Notes: a model not told the origin generated them from the sequence alone. A DNA stretch of 64,000 nucleotides from Cyanophora paradoxa CCMP329 (GCA_004431415.1 QPMI01000515.1:124001-188000); one strand, 5' to 3'; counted from the stretch's first letter, positions 49,001 to 62,259 are shown. Made by a program: numbers and translations.

Positions 49001-52000
49001 GTGCCCAAGGTGCGCGCAGTGCCGAAGACTCGCCAAGTCGATTCGCGTTTCGAAGCTCCCGCCCTCAGACGCGTCCGTCGAGCTCGAGCGTGCTCTCCAG
49101 CTCCCGAGCGTAGGCCCGCTCGTCTCTCCCTTCCTCGATGCGGACTGCGAGACGTGCACTTCGTAAGTGCCGATTGGACGCTCTCTCGTCTGCATTCTTC
49201 GCACTCACATTCTCTTTGCGCGCCAGCATTCTTTACGGCGTGTCCGGCTCAACTGGTGCCACTCCCACTTCCCGCTTCTTCTCTATGACGGGTGATCACG
49301 TCTTCAAGTCGACTGCATTTATTTCTAATATCGAAGCGTCTTTTGCAGGCACCGTTCCGATCCCCGCTGCAAACTGCACGTACCCGGCCACTGCCGAGCT
49401 GCCCGCCGTCCCCTTCTCTTCAATCTTTGGAACTATTCCCGTCGCATCTCAGCCTCCGGCGCCCACCGTACCCCCGCCAGCACCACCGCGCACCCCGACA
49501 CCGTCCCCATATGGACCTCCGACGACGCCCAGTCCGACGACCCCGACGGCTCCGACCCCTTCCCCAGATCCTGTCGCGGTTTCTTTCTGGCTCTCTGTCC
49601 AGGCGACCCAAGAAGAATGCGCTTCTTACCTACAGCGGTACGATGCAGCGTCGGTTTCGACGCGGTTTTCGCGGCTGGTGTTCGCTTCGCTCTCCGTGCG
49701 CGCGGACGCTGAGGAGGTGCGCGGCGCCATCTTTCGTGCTCCGCGCGAGTTGCCGACGGCCGCGGGACGCAGGGCCGCCTGCGGATCACAGACGTCCGCT
49801 GCGGGTCGGTCCTATTCCGCGTGGAGGTGCTGAGGGCGTCGGCGGGGCCGACCGTCAGCCCCGTCTCCGATCTCTTCATTGTGGAGTCGGTGGGCAACCT
49901 CACGCGGGGCGGCCGGCTGGTCATGCCAGAACTCGAGGACCGGCCCGTCTCTTCGATGTTCAACGCGTCGTTCGCGCCCGGCGTGCCCGCGTCCGGCCCG
50001 ATCGCCGGCGCCCTCGCCCGGGGCGAGGCCATCACCATCGACCTCGCCAACCCCGCCCCGACACCCCCGCCCGCGAGCGGCGGCGGGCCGATCGCGAGCG
50101 GCGCCTCTGCGGCGGCGGCGGCGGAGGGTGCACCCTCCGACAGCGGAGGACCCGGAACACCCGTGGGCGCGCTGGCGGGTGCGGTGGCGGCAGCCGGCGC
50201 TCTGTTCATCGCGCTTGGGGGCGGCCTTTACATCGTCAAACGACGGAGGAGGCGAGCTTACAGCGCGGGTGTCAACACGGGCCGAGCTCCTCTAGATCTC
50301 GATCCCGAGCTTCCGGTGCGACTTCGATGTGTGTAATTGCCACACCTGTGCAGCCGCCTGACTGTCTCGTCACTCAGTTCACGGACTATTACGCAAGCGA
50401 CAACGAATTCCAAAGCCCCACCCTCCTGCAGACAACCACGACGTTCGACCCGCTTACAAACGGGAACGCGACAACCACGTGGGTCCGCGCTGCTATAGCA
50501 GACTTGCGATGACCCGCAGGACTCCTGAACAGCGCCGCAGATCGATTTCCCGGCGCTGAGCGACCGCGAGCTGGACCTCCTTCGGCTCGTCGGCGTGGAA
50601 ACAGCGCGCAAGGCGGGCAAGGCGGGCGTCGCCACCGCGGGCCTCACGCTGGCCCAGCGCGCTGCCATCTCGCCGCCAAAGCCCATTCCTCCCGAGCTGC
50701 TGGATTGCGTCCAGGAGCCGCTCGCGATGCTCGGCGAGGGAGCGTTCGGTCGCGGTGCGCGTCTTGATCATCGGATCCGACGCCCAAGCCGTGTTAGTTA
50801 CCGACGCCCAAGCAGTGTACGCGGTGAGCATACCTCGGTCGCTTGCGACATGGCTTCCCTGTTCGGGCGAGGACGAGCTCGCGTGTGGGACGTCAACCGG
50901 GGAGATGGTCACGCTCAAGCGGGCGGTGAAAGAGGTCGCTCTCAGCGACAGGGACGTCGCGGCCCGCGAGATCCACGGGGCACGCCTCCAGATGGTGCTT
51001 CTTCTCCTGTACCGTGAACTGTCGACGGAATAAAGTTTGCCCGCCGCAGCTGTGCGACCACCCGAACGTTCTCCGCTGCGAGGCCATCTTCGCGGACCGC
51101 TTCAAGCTCTACGTGGGTCCGTCGGCTTTGCTCGCGCTTCGAATTCTCTGTTTGACATTCTGATGCGTGTCTCCGCAGTGCTGCCGCTGGCGGACGTGTC
51201 GCTCAGCTCGCTCCTCGCGAACCGGGGCGTCCTCCCGTCGGACCTCATCGCCTCGTTCGCCTTCCAGATCGCCTCGGGTGCCGGCGCTCTAAGCTGCCGT
51301 CCACCTCTTCAGATCAAGATCCGTATGATCATGAACGATCTGCAGGGATGGCGTACCTGCACCACGAGCTGGCGCGGCCCGTCGCGCATCGCGATCTGGT
51401 GCGTGCCCTCCTTGCTTGCTCTAAGCGCCTGCAACGGACTGTTCACGTTTCGCGCAGAAACCGCAGAACGTCCTCGTGTTTCGCGAGGTAGATGCTCGTC
51501 GAATCAAGTCTCTTCTAGATGGACACTCACCGCTCTCTTCGACAGGAGGACGGCGCGCCTCCGACGCTTCGACTGTGCGATTTCGGTCCGCCAGATCTAG
51601 AGGCTTCCCTCCACTGTTCCGCCGCTGTTGAATCTTGGCCTCCTCAGGGATCTCCCGCCACGTCGAGACCGCAAAGTCGCTTCGCGGGACCCTGTCAGCT
51701 GCAGCCCTCTCGCGGTTCCGCACTGCCCGTCCGACGGTCATCCTGACTCTCTCCCCGTCCGCAGGGTCTACCTGCCACCGGAGGTCTACTCGAAGGACCA
51801 CACCGCCACCAAGGCCGACGTGCGCGCCGCGCTGGTTCTAGAGTCAAAGAAGTTTGAGCTGAGGCCGCTCGCGTCAGGTCTGGGCCTTCGGCATCATCCT
51901 CATGGAGATGTCGACCGGCTCGAAGCCCTTCGGCGGCACGATGATCGGCCCCGAGGAGCTCACGAGGGGCCAGCCCTACCCCCGCGCTGCCTTCGCCGCC

Positions 52001-52412
52001 GTCCCCGAGCCGCTGCGGCCGCTGGCGCGCTCGTGCCTCGAGAAGAAGCCGACGCAGCGGCCCACCTTCCTGTGCGCATGCGCGCTGCGCTTAGGACAGG
52101 AGCAATCCTCGGCTGATCCCGCCCGCCGCGCGCAGGGAGATCCGGGACTCACTGGGGCGCCTCCTCGCCCCCTCCCAGCCGAACCCCGCCGCCGTCGCCG
52201 GAGCCGACGCACATTTGCGGGTGGCGGCGCCGGCGCCGAGCCCGCGGCTGGCGCCGGCCCCCGCGGCGGTCGAGGCCGAGGTGGCGCCCGAGGCCCGAGG
52301 GAGCGCGCCCTCTTTGGGCCAGGAGCGCACCCGAGGCCAGAGCCCCTCCGCGGCGTTTGCCGAGCTCGAGCGCGATAATGATGTTCGCGCCATCGTCGTC
52401 CAGGTCGATTGA
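40023..52412 (+). CDS. Receptor-like Ser/Thr (TKL-type) kinase: signal peptide, Kelch-like repeats, nine ~100-aa beta-sandwich-like modules, second Kelch region, Pro-rich stalk, TM, kinase
   Basis: Signal FLGLGLVVVAFASTCLLSL. Kelch-like VVGG...VWVYGVDSAAW and GGYTG...DVWAY...LPSMPVTRANHCFAVFNRTLWIAGG. TM VGALAGAVAAAGALFIALGGGLYIV-KRRRRR at ~50163-50253. Kinase LGEGAFG, AVKE, HPNV, GMAYLH, AHRDLKPQNVL, LCDFG, YLPPE, DVWAFGIILMEM, RPTF. Stop 52410-52412. Confidence 0.88.
44799..46640 (+). repeat. Recent intragenic tandem duplication, ~790-bp unit (two exons + two introns), ~2.3 copies
   Basis: Exon starts at 44799, 45589 and 46385 (type A) and 45187 and 45977 (type B). Introns are also near-identical. 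Confidence 0.95.
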
Positions 52413-52440
52413 TCTCAGTGGCACGCGGTGATTATTATGA

Positions 52441-52569
52441 CCACTGAGTCACTCACAAAGAAGCTTGCAATCGGCGAACATATGGCAAAGCTTTAATTTG
52501 CCACTGACTCAGTGAGTCACTCACAAAGAAGCTTGCAATCGGCGAACATATGGCAAAGCTTTAATTTGG
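52441..52569 (+). repeat. 60/68-bp tandem duplication
   Basis: CCACTGA...GTCACTCACAAAGAAGCTTGCAATCGGCGAACATATGGCAAAGCTTTAATTTG at 52441 and 52501. Confidence 0.9.
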
Positions 52570-53010
52570 CCTCCTTCGTTCTTCCTCTCGATCCTCCGGA
52601 TCCTCTCGCTTCGAGGATTTTTCCATCGCGCGCGATAGTTTGTTTTTGGTGAATTGCCGGCTTGGGATAGTAAAGTCTGGCCTCTTTTAATTTCCTTCCT
52701 CATTCTCAGTCCTACCCCCCTCCTCCTTCCCCCCCCCCGGGCCCGACGCGGATCGACTCTCTTTAGCTTTTCTCCTATCCCCGCTTGACTTCCTGTCGTC
52801 CATTTGCTTCAAATTTACTTAAGGACTGAAAGCGTCGCGTCCGTATGTTTTCGCGCCCTGAAAGCATCGCCGTAACTTTTCCTTTGTCATGCTTTGCTGT
52901 CCCTCCCGGCTTATATAATTAAGTTCCTGTTTTAAGTTCTCCGGCAGCAAGGGGGGGAAGCAAGGGGGGGAACGAGGGAGAGGCGGGAAAGGGGAGGACT
53001 CCGGGATCGA
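52514..53010 (+). repeat. Dispersed repeat, partner of 36316-37060
   Basis: Same shared blocks as listed for 36316-37060. Confidence 0.75.
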
Positions 53011-53082
53011 TGGTAGGACTCCGTCTTGCTGCCACGGTAGGACTCCGTTTCTCGCTTCGCTCAGGCCTAGGGGGACAGAGAC

Positions 53083-53345
53083 GGAGAGGAGAGGCCAAGG
53101 AGAGACTCCTGAGAAGAGAAGAGGATAGGATAAGAGAGGAGAGGAGAGGAGAGGAGACAGGAGAGGAGAGGAGAGGAGAGGAGAGGAGAGGAGAGGCCTA
53201 GGAGAGGAGAGGAGAGAATAGATGAGGAGAGGGGTAACGAGGGGAGGAGAGGGGAGGGGAGTGGAGGAGAGTTTAGGAGAGAAGAGGAGAGAGGAGGAGA
53301 TGAGAGGAGAGAAGAGGAGGGGAGGGGAGAGAGGGGAGAAAATCA
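53083..53345. repeat. Degenerate (GGAGA)n polypurine microsatellite
   Basis: Near-pure purine tract of GAGAG/GGAGA units. Confidence 0.9.
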
Positions 53346-53901
53346 CGGAGAGAAGTGACAGGTGAGCTGGGACAGAAGGGCGAGGGGGAGAGTAGATGCG
53401 GGATGTCAGGATAGATAGAGAGGAGACTGGGGAAGCTCTGCGGAGAGAGCGGGGGAAGCGCATTCTCCCCTGAAACAGAGCATTCTCCCCTAAGAATTTG
53501 GGGACGAATCGTTCCGAGTTCTCCCGAAGTCCCCTAAGAATCTCGACCAATCAGGTCACGAATAACCAGTCATTTTTTCCAATTGTTGCGAACTGGCCCT
53601 CGAGTCGGTGCTGGTCTGCAAAATTTTTGGATGGACGCGAGCTGAGCTGAAGGGTAGCAAAGGGGGAAATCCTAATCGGATGTTTTACCCTCCCCATGCA
53701 ATATATTTGTTTGTCAAGCCCAGGATCGTCCTATATAAATTTCGTATGTACGTACGTATACAACTATGTACGTACGTAAACGTATGTATGTACAATCTCT
53801 ACTCAGCGCTTCAAACGTGTGGCCGCGCCGACGTCGACTCGCTCTGAATGCGCGCGCGGCACGAATAAATAACAGTCTGACATAATCGAGGGACGCGGGG
53901 A

Positions 53902-56900
53902 TTAGTGGAGAGAAAGTAGGATCGGAGCGGCGGGACCAGAGTGGCGGCGGGGCGCCGCGGTCGCGGCCGAGCTGGAAGGCCGAACGGGGCTGGGGGGCGG
54001 GAGGGGGGATTTTTGGGGGTACTCGGGGGTAACGGCGAAGGCCGAGGGGGGTAGGTGGAAGAGCTGCGACCGCGGGCCTCGAATCAGATCAGATCGATGA
54101 ACAGACGAAAAGAAGCCAGGCCAGCGGTGCACTAATAATAATATTACTAATTGATCCGGGATTCGAACCTGCGCATCTTCGGGACCGAGCGCGCCGCGCT
54201 TGCCGGGCGAGGCGGAGGGCGCCCGGAGGGCCGCCGCGGCGCGGGAGCCGGTGCCCGCCAGCTGCAGCATAGGCGAGGCGGACCTCGGCCGCTGCTGGTG
54301 GTGCTGCTGCCCCGCCCGCGCCCTCCCGTGCATGTCGTACCCCGACCTGCCGGAGGCAGAGGAAGCTTAAGCAGAGCGCGCGGGACGCGGTGGGTGGGTG
54401 GGTGGGTGGGTGGGGTGGGGGGGGGGGGGGGGGGGGGGGGGGGGCGGGTACAGCGCGCTCGCCTTCGGGGCGCCAGGCCGCAGAGGCTCTCCTCCTCCCC
54501 CGCCCCGCCGCTCCCGTGCAGCAGCGACGCGCCGCCATCCTGCGAATCACACGCACGTACCCCCGTGAGGCAACGAAGAAGAAAGTATGCGACCGGGAGG
54601 TACAGCGCTAGCGTGCGCACCGCGGACTTGTTGTTGCCCACGTGCTCCGTCGTCAGAGCCGCCAGCATCGGCGCCGACGCCCTTCGGCTGCACCAGTACC
54701 GTACCCCTGCATTCAGCTACACCGCGCACCGCGTACCGCGCCGCGCCGATCGACGGCGTGTACCCCCAATCCCCCGCCTACCCCGCCCCCGGCCCCCACT
54801 ATGACTCCCCCCCCCCTATGACCCCCGCCAGTTAAAAAAAACAACCACTATGACCCCCCCGCCCCCGCCCCCGCCCCCGCCCTGGCCCCGCCCCGCCCCC
54901 GCCCCCGCCCTGGCCCCCGCCCCCGCCCCGCGGACCTGCGCAGGTTGCTGGCCAGGGCCGCCGGGTTCAGCCGGTCCTCCACGTCCCTGCGGCGAAAACG
55001 CGAAGCTCAGCCGGGGCGTGGCGCGGCGTGGCAAGGGGGACGGCCGTGGATCCCCGGCCTAAATTAAGGATCTAGAGCCTATATAGCGGCGGCGAGGTCC
55101 AGGTCTATATCCCCGGCCTAAAGGATCCTAATGGTGCGAGGTCTAGGTCTATAGCGGCGAGGCGCGAAGCTCAGCCGAGACAAGGCGTGGCAAGGAAAGA
55201 CAAGGCGAGGCGAGGCGGGGGGCCCTGGACCCCCCCAGCAATTGCAAACGAATCTAGATCTAGATCTAGGTCGGGATCCAGCTGCGGCCCGCGCGCGCAC
55301 CGGGGCAAGGGCAAGGGGGACGGCCACGGATCCCCCGCCTAAAGGATCTAGAGCCGGGTGCGAGGTCTAGGTCTATAGCTAGGACCGGAGCTCTGGATCC
55401 AGCAGCGGCCCGCTCGCGCATGCGCACCTGCGCCGCCGCGCCGTCCGCGTTGCCTCGTGCTGGTGGTGGCGGCGGTGACCGTACCCCTCCTCGCCCCGGG
55501 CCTCCCCCTCCCCCTCCCCCTCCCCCTCGTCGTCCTCCTCGTCCTCGTCCTCGCCGGCTGCGGGGCGGGGCGCCCTCGGCGGCTCCGTCGGCACGATCTG
55601 AGCGATCGCGAGGGTCAGATCACATCGGATCGGATCGGATCGGATCAGACGGACCGAGCCGTTGATAGCATCGGCGACGGCCGCCGCCACCGCGCCGGAG
55701 GCCCTGCCGCGGAATAAGCGAGCGAGGGAAGGAGGAGGGGCGGCTTCTCGGGGGCCTCACGGCCCTTTGAGATGAGGAGATCCTTCGTGCTTTCTATCCT
55801 TTGTACCCTAGCAAGGGGTGGGGGACGGGCGGGGGGGAGGGGGGGTACCTGTGGACGCCGAGGCCGCGCTGGAGAGTCTCGACGAGCTCGGGGCTCTCGA
55901 TGGCGGCAAAGAGCACGTCCGCCACCGACGCGAAGCCCTGTGCGGGGCGGGGGCGTTAATAAAGGAGCGCGCGAGGGAGGAAAGGAAAGGAAAGGGAGGG
56001 GCTCGTGAAAGAGCAGGAGAAGCCGAGGCTGTACAGGTCTGGATCTGGATTTAGATCGAGATGTAGATCTAGATCGATCTAAGCGAGCGCGGCGCCCTCG
56101 CGAGCTCGCCGGGGCCCTGGGCCTGGCTACTCCAGCCGCCTACTAGTATCTCTCAGGGTCTGCCTCATGATCGGGGTCCAGGCCTAGGGCGCAAGTCGGA
56201 TCAAGGGGGTCCGAGGCTGTACAGATCTAGATCTAGATCTAGATCTCTCCAGGCCTGCCTCGTGATCGGAGTCCAGGCCCAGGCCCAGGGGGCGCCCCCG
56301 CGGACCTTGCCGAGGGGGTCGGCGGCGCGGAGGACCGTTCGCGCGAACGCAAAGGCGGCCTCCCGGTTCACCGTCCACTGCGCACGAAGGCGTCACGGGG
56401 GGGGGGGGGGTGGGGGGGGGAGGTGGGGAGGGAGGGAGGGCGGGGGGAAGGTGGGAGCCACTTTCTCGCTATATATTCGCCTCTTCTACAATTATATTAG
56501 CTCCGATCTGGTCCTCTTCTACGTTCACTTAGCTATATTCTCTTTTAGATTCTCTTTTAGATGAATGTTTCCTGAGTTCGTTTTGTATGCGGGCTCGAGC
56601 ACGGCTCCAGCTATATATAGCGGACCTGGCGCTCGGAGGAGGGTAGCTTGGCGAGGAAGAAGCCCCGGAGCTCGGCCTCCGTCAGGTGCGACGCCCCCGC
56701 CCCCGCCATCATCGCTGCGGGGGGCGAGGAGGGGAGGGTGAGGCGAGGACAGCGGAAGGCGGAGACTAGTCACTAGACTAGACTCACTGACACTAGACTA
56801 GGTCAGGTGCGACGCCCACGCCCCGCCTATCATCGCTGCGGTGGGCGAGGAGGGGAGGGCGGCGGAGGGTGAGGGCGAGGGCGGCGGGCGGGGCGGGCCT

Positions 56901-58910
56901 AGGCGGTCTGAAACTAGACTAGGTCAGGTGAGGACCGTGCGGAGGGTGAGGCGAGGACAACGAGCGGGGCGAGGGCGGCGGGGGCTGCGTATGCGGATGG
57001 GGCGCGGGCTGGGCGGGCCTAGGCCCTTGGCAGTCTAGAACTAGAACTAGAACTAGATCGATCGGTGAGGCTCCTATCTAGAACTAGAGGCAGTCTGGGC
57101 AGGTCTAGCTCAATAGCTAGTTCTAGACCCTCGATCGGGACCCTGCCAAACTTCCCGCCCGCCCACCGCACGGGCGAGCTGGGCCCCGAGGTCAAGTGCT
57201 AGTTCTAGACCCTCGCCCTCCCTCGGAGAGCTGGGCCTCCAGGTCTAGCGATCTAGAACTAGAACCAGCCCTCGCCTGCCGGCTCGCCGGCCCGCCCGCC
57301 CGCCCGGCCACCGCACCGCTTAGCTGGGCCTAAAAACTCTAAAAAACTCTGGGCCGTTTTGCTGGGTGGCTCGATCTTAAACTAAAACTCGTAGCCTCGA
57401 CCCCGCCACACCGAAGCCACCTTGGGCTATCTCTCCGCACCGTTCAGCTGTGCCTCGAGGTCGGCGTAGAGGAGGCGGGCGACGCCCATGCGGAAGTCGA
57501 GGAACGAGAGGGGCGTGCGCGCCCCGGAGCCCGCCGTGTTCAGGAACCGGAAGAGCGCCGAGACCTAGGATTATAGTTAATTATAAGGTCAAGGTCAAGG
57601 TTCAGGCTAAGGTTAGATCTAATATATGGAGGTCAAGGCGAAGGTCAAGGTCAGGCGAGGAAGGGGGGCGGTTGGATGGGCGGCGGTGCGCGGTGCGGCG
57701 GGCGCGTGCTCGGATCGGCCGGGGCAAGCGGTGACATCGATGGCGGCGAGGAGGCGGAGCGGGGCCGGGGTGGTGCGGGGCGGGGCGGGGTGGGGCGGGC
57801 GGAGCGGGGCGGGGCCGGGGCGGGCGGGGCGGAGCGAAGCGGGGCGGGGGGGGGGGGGGGGGGGGGGGGAGGGGGGGAGGGGGAGGGGAGGGGGGGGGGG
57901 GGGGATCTACATCTACGTATACATACGCCTGGAAAGCCAACGCTGCGAGCTCGAGGGCGAGGGCGCGGGCGCGGGCGGGAGCGCACCCACTGCCGCTCCT
58001 TGATGGAGAAGAGGTCCTTGACGAAGTCCTGGAAGCCCTGCGGCGGCGCCGGCGGCGATCAAATTGAAGGCCTGGCGCGCGGGGCGTGGCGTGGGGCCCC
58101 ATTGCAAGGATCGAATCGCACCTTCAAGCCGATCTCCAGGTGCGCGCTCTCGCCGTGGCCGCTGCAGTGCCGCTCAAATCGCGCACGAATGTCCTCCATC
58201 TGCGGTGCGCGTCGGCTGCGGCAGCGGCTGCGGGCGCGCTCGGAGCGGTGCCAGAGGGCGCGCGCGCGGAGATGTAGATCTAGATCTAGCTATAGAGCGG
58301 CGGACCTTGCGTCCAAGGATGCCGTTCCGAATCGCGTCCACTTTCTGCAGCGAGCCGAACAGTCATTGCAGCTGGTGCCGCTTGCGGTGCGTGGCTTTTG
58401 GAGATGGGTTCGTGGGTGCCAGGGCTTGGTTAGCTAAATGCGCAGGCTCGGCCCGCAGGCACGCGTACGAGCACTGAGGTGACTTGAGAGCCTATCAGAA
58501 GCGTCTAGCAGGAACTCTGGAAGCCCGGGAGCGCTGCCCCCGCGCGGGGGGCGCGCCAGCTGGCGGAGATCCGGTCCGGAGCCTCCGAGGCCTAGGCAGC
58601 GCGTTGGCTGCTCTCCCGCTAGCTGAACAGCCGCACGAAGCGCGGATCCCGGAGGCGCACCGCATCTTTGAGGGACAGTTGAATGCGCTCGGGAGCTCCC
58701 GGGTTGAGGAGGATCGCTAGAGAGTGGCTCTTGCTCGGGCTGTACTGGACTTTCAGGTTCTGCATCCCCGGGATCGCCGGTGCATCGCGGGCAAGCCGGA
58801 GATCGCCGATCGAGATGCGCTGGCTGGTTCTTCTTGAATCGGGCTCGAGCTGGAATCGATCCTGCGTTTTTGTAGTCCCGGTGTTGCGGCTGCTGGGATG
58901 CAGGATCATG
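53902..58910 (-). CDS. Multi-exon protein with degenerate EF-hands (calcineurin-B/recoverin-like region), acidic linker, hydrophobic segment and Pro-rich tail
   Basis: Exons GFQDFVKDLFSI; ALFRFLNTAGSGARTPLSFLDFRMGVARLLYADLEAQLN; ASHLTEAELRGFF; AFARTVLRAADPLGK|GFASVADVLFAAIESPELVETL; TLALYLPVAYFLLRCLT. The start is uncertain. Confidence 0.5.
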
Positions 58911-59361
58911 CATGCGCAGCTGCAGCTGTGTCCATCACTGCACGTGTGGCCCTGACCATGGTTCGCGGCTGTTACGAGCGGCGCGAATTCGCGGTTAACG
59001 TTCGCGGTTCGGTGCGCACGTACTACGGTATACGTACGCACTAGTACTAGTACTATAGCTAGTACTAGTACTGCGGCAGCTCGGCGCCGGCGTTCCGGGC
59101 CTCCGGACGTTTACACTATGATATCTAACGGTTCAACTTTCAGTTCAGCTGTTGCAACTGCCTACAAGGCTAGACCCTGCGTCGCCCGGACGGCCGTGGC
59201 CGGCCGCGCGCGGCGCCGCGGGCCTAGGGGGCTGGGCGGGGCCGGGGGCGGAGGACGGGGGCCTGCGAAAGGGGATCGAATCTGGAGCTCGATCGAGGGA
59301 CCGAGGCGCAGAGTGGGAGCGCGCACCGCCCGAGAGGCGAAGGTCCGAGGCCTAGGCCGGC

Positions 59362-60659
59362 CTACGTATACGCGGGGGCTGCCGCTGGGCCCGGAGGCGC
59401 CGCGGCTGCCCCGGGGCGCTTCGACGGGAGCGCCGCGCGCGCTGCGCGGGCGCCGTCGACGTCAGAGAGGGGCCAACGGGGCGCACTCCGGGCCCGGCGC
59501 AAGCGCACCCGCCTGGCGCCTCCGGGCGGATCGGAGGGCCTCCTCCTCGTCCTCCTCCTCCGTCCACGGCCGCCGCCGCTGCCTCGGCGGCGGCCGCTGC
59601 GCCGGAGCAGCCGCCGGCGCCCCCGCCGCCTCCACGGCCGCTGCAGCCGCCGCCGGGCCTGCAGAGGCGCCGGCCCCGCCGCCGACGGGCCGCGCTCGCG
59701 CCCCACGATCGCCGCGAGGCGGGCCGCGAGGGCCGCCGGCCGCAGGCCCTCCTCCAGATCGCTCCCGTACCCCTCGCGCCCCTCCTCCTCGTCCAACGCC
59801 TCCCCATCTAGACCTGGTCCCGCTCGGGTGCGTCGGGGGTACGCGTTTGGCTAGGGTGCGGGCGTGCGGGGCTACGCGCACCGTCCCCATCCGGAGCGCC
59901 GTCGACACCAAAAGACTCGCACAGGGCCTTTCGCCGCAACCGTCAACGTCAGCCGGGGGGGGGGGGGGGCCGGGGGGGGAGGGGGAGGGGGGGGGAGGGG
60001 GGGGGGGAGCCCGGCCGCCCGCCTCACCTTCCGTTCGGCCCGCAGCGCTCGCAGGGATTCCCTCAGTACCCCCTCCCGCGCCGCGTCGCGCGTACCCCCC
60101 AGCTCCCGCAGCCGCGCTTCGATCAGCACCCCGTAGAACCCGACCTGGCGTACCCCCCTGCGTCGGAGCGGGGATGGAAGGGGCGGGGGGTACGCGGACC
60201 GCGGCGTGGGCGAGCTGTTGGGCCTCGTCGGGCGCTGGAGCCCCCTCCGCGAGGGCGCGCAGGACGCCGATCGGCCCGCGGACGCGCCGCTCGTGCTCCT
60301 CAGCGCTGAGGGACCCCGAGACCCGAAGGCACTCGGCTGCGCAGAGTCAGACCGGAGGGCGGGCCGAGCGAGCGAGCGGGAGGGGGGACCCGCCTCCGAG
60401 CACGCGGGCGCTGGCTGCGAGAGCGGCGGCGCCGCGCCACGCGCCCCCGCCGGCCTCGCGCCGGTCGACGGCGCCCGCTATCTTCGCCGCCCGCTCCGCA
60501 AAGCCCGCGGCCCGCGCCGCCTCGAGCTCGGGGCCCGAGCCGCGGCCCCCGCGGAACAGCGCCTGCGCCATCAGAAAGGCCGCCTCTGCGTACTCGAAAC
60601 TGCGGCAATACTAAATATAAACTTGAATTCGAAATCCCACGACCTCTTACCTCCGACAT
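59362..60659 (-). CDS. Hypothetical Ala/Arg/Glu-rich multi-exon protein
   Basis: Coding-like segments FEYAEAAFLMAQALF...; LIEARLRELGGTRDAAREGVLRESLRALRAERK; DEEEGREGYGSDLEEGL, bounded by splice-like sites. Both ends uncertain. Confidence 0.35.
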
Positions 60660-60720
60660 CGCTGGGCGCCGGGCCCCTGCAGCTGGCCATGGCTCTGCCA
60701 GGCTGACCTTCAGATCTACT

Positions 60721-61431
60721 GATCTACTGGTATAATCGACGAGCCGGTACAGCCGCGCGAGCGCTGCGCTGAGTGCCACGCGCTTATGTCCAGGCACTGC
60801 GGCACCGGGGCGGGGACGCCCTGGCCCTCTCCTCACTGAGCTGCCTCCCAGACGATCACGGCTGGGTCCGGGCGGCGGAGGCAATGCAGCTGCAGGTGTA
60901 TGACCACTTGCTGTCTGGTCCTTGCTGTCCCCCACGGCTATATATATGCATGGGGCGTGGGGACAGCAAGGACCAGACCACGTTAAACGTTGAGAGGGGG
61001 TGCTTTCTGGGGGGGGGCTTGGGGGGCACGGCGGGGACAACAACACGAGGAGGACGCATACAGTGGAGCGTGAGCCAGTAGCCCACTAAACAGGGGCTGG
61101 CCTGCAACTTTTCTCTTTCACACCTTTTCTTCCCTAGCTGCGGCGTGCTACGAGGATGGAGAAGGGCATTGCCAGCAGAGATTAGGACCTTTGGACATAT
61201 CATTAGACTTTCGTAGGACTTAGAAATGCAGCAAATTAAAGTAGACGTCACAGGAAAAGTAGAAATGCAGTTGTGATTAGAATAACTAGATGTTTAGGCA
61301 CAGCACGCGAAAGTCCTCATATTCTCTTCCTGGATTTAGTTAAAACGTTTTCAGTGAGGGTATGGTCGACGTTTCGACTTCATTGTTGTAGGGATGTGCT
61401 AATGCAAATCGTTACAAGATCTACTGGTATA
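60721..61431. mobile_element. Putative ~680-bp insertion flanked by a 14-bp direct repeat (candidate TSD); possibly a truncated non-LTR retroelement
   Basis: GATCTACTGGTATA at 60721-60734 and 61418-61431. The interior differs in composition and becomes AT-rich, ending TTACAA. Confidence 0.45.
60913..60978. other. Near-perfect hairpin (20-bp stem + 3 bp after a bulge, ~19-nt loop)
   Basis: GTCTGGTCCTTGCTGTCCCC(C)ACG ... CGTGGGGACAGCAAGGACCAGAC. Confidence 0.85.
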
Positions 61432-62259
61432 CCTCCTCGCCTCGAGCTCTCAGATCTAGAGTCTACAGAGTCGCAGACTACGCCCCCTGTCCTATCCCAC
61501 GCGCTTCCCCAACCCCCACCGTTGGGGACTAATTAAATTAATTAACCGGAGTTCGAATTTTTTTGAGAGATCTAGACTACGGTAGGGCGAAATGTGCGCG
61601 GTGCACCGTGCACGTGCCGGCGCGGCGGCTTTAAAACTGTATACGTAGCTAGCTAATTCATGATCAACACCGGTACCAACGCTAGCTATAGCTATATATA
61701 GCGCTAGCAGTACTGGTATTACATATGCAGTACGTGCAGATATCGATGCGCATATGCTTATGAACTTCGGAATATGGCCGCTGCAGCGCTAGCTGATCAT
61801 AATCCTTATATTATGGACCTTAATTAAATTATACGTATACTTATAATTATAATTAGAGGACGGTCAGCTGCATATATATGCATGCGCGTGCGCAGCATAT
61901 ATGCACTACGTATACGTATACCGGTCCATTACCGGGTACGAGTATTGCGGAGAGGGACGAGGTGCAGAAAAAGTGCGAATTCGAAGTTGCGAAACTTGCG
62001 ATAACTTGCGAACACGGAACTTCGTTCTCTCGGTGAGGGTCAATCATTGAATAAGGAAAAACAGGAAGAAAAGACGAGAAGAAAAAGCTTAAGGTTCAAC
62101 GGTTGTCTTTTTTTGGTGAATTACCGGCCACAGTCTCTCAACGGTTGTCAATGGGAACATTGGGAAGAAGACATGTACAAGGCCTATACTATGATAGGGC
62201 GCTATATATACTGTAGCCTGTAGGAGGCAGAAAATTGCCGAGACGAAAAATTGCCGTAA

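Noticed and set aside
52819-53550. 243-aa Leu/Ser/Pro ORF
   Set aside because: Translation of the (GGAGA)n microsatellite.
59118-60614. 498-aa plus-strand ORF
   Set aside because: Low-complexity Arg/Ala/Pro antisense frame; coding-like segments and splice signals are on the minus strand.
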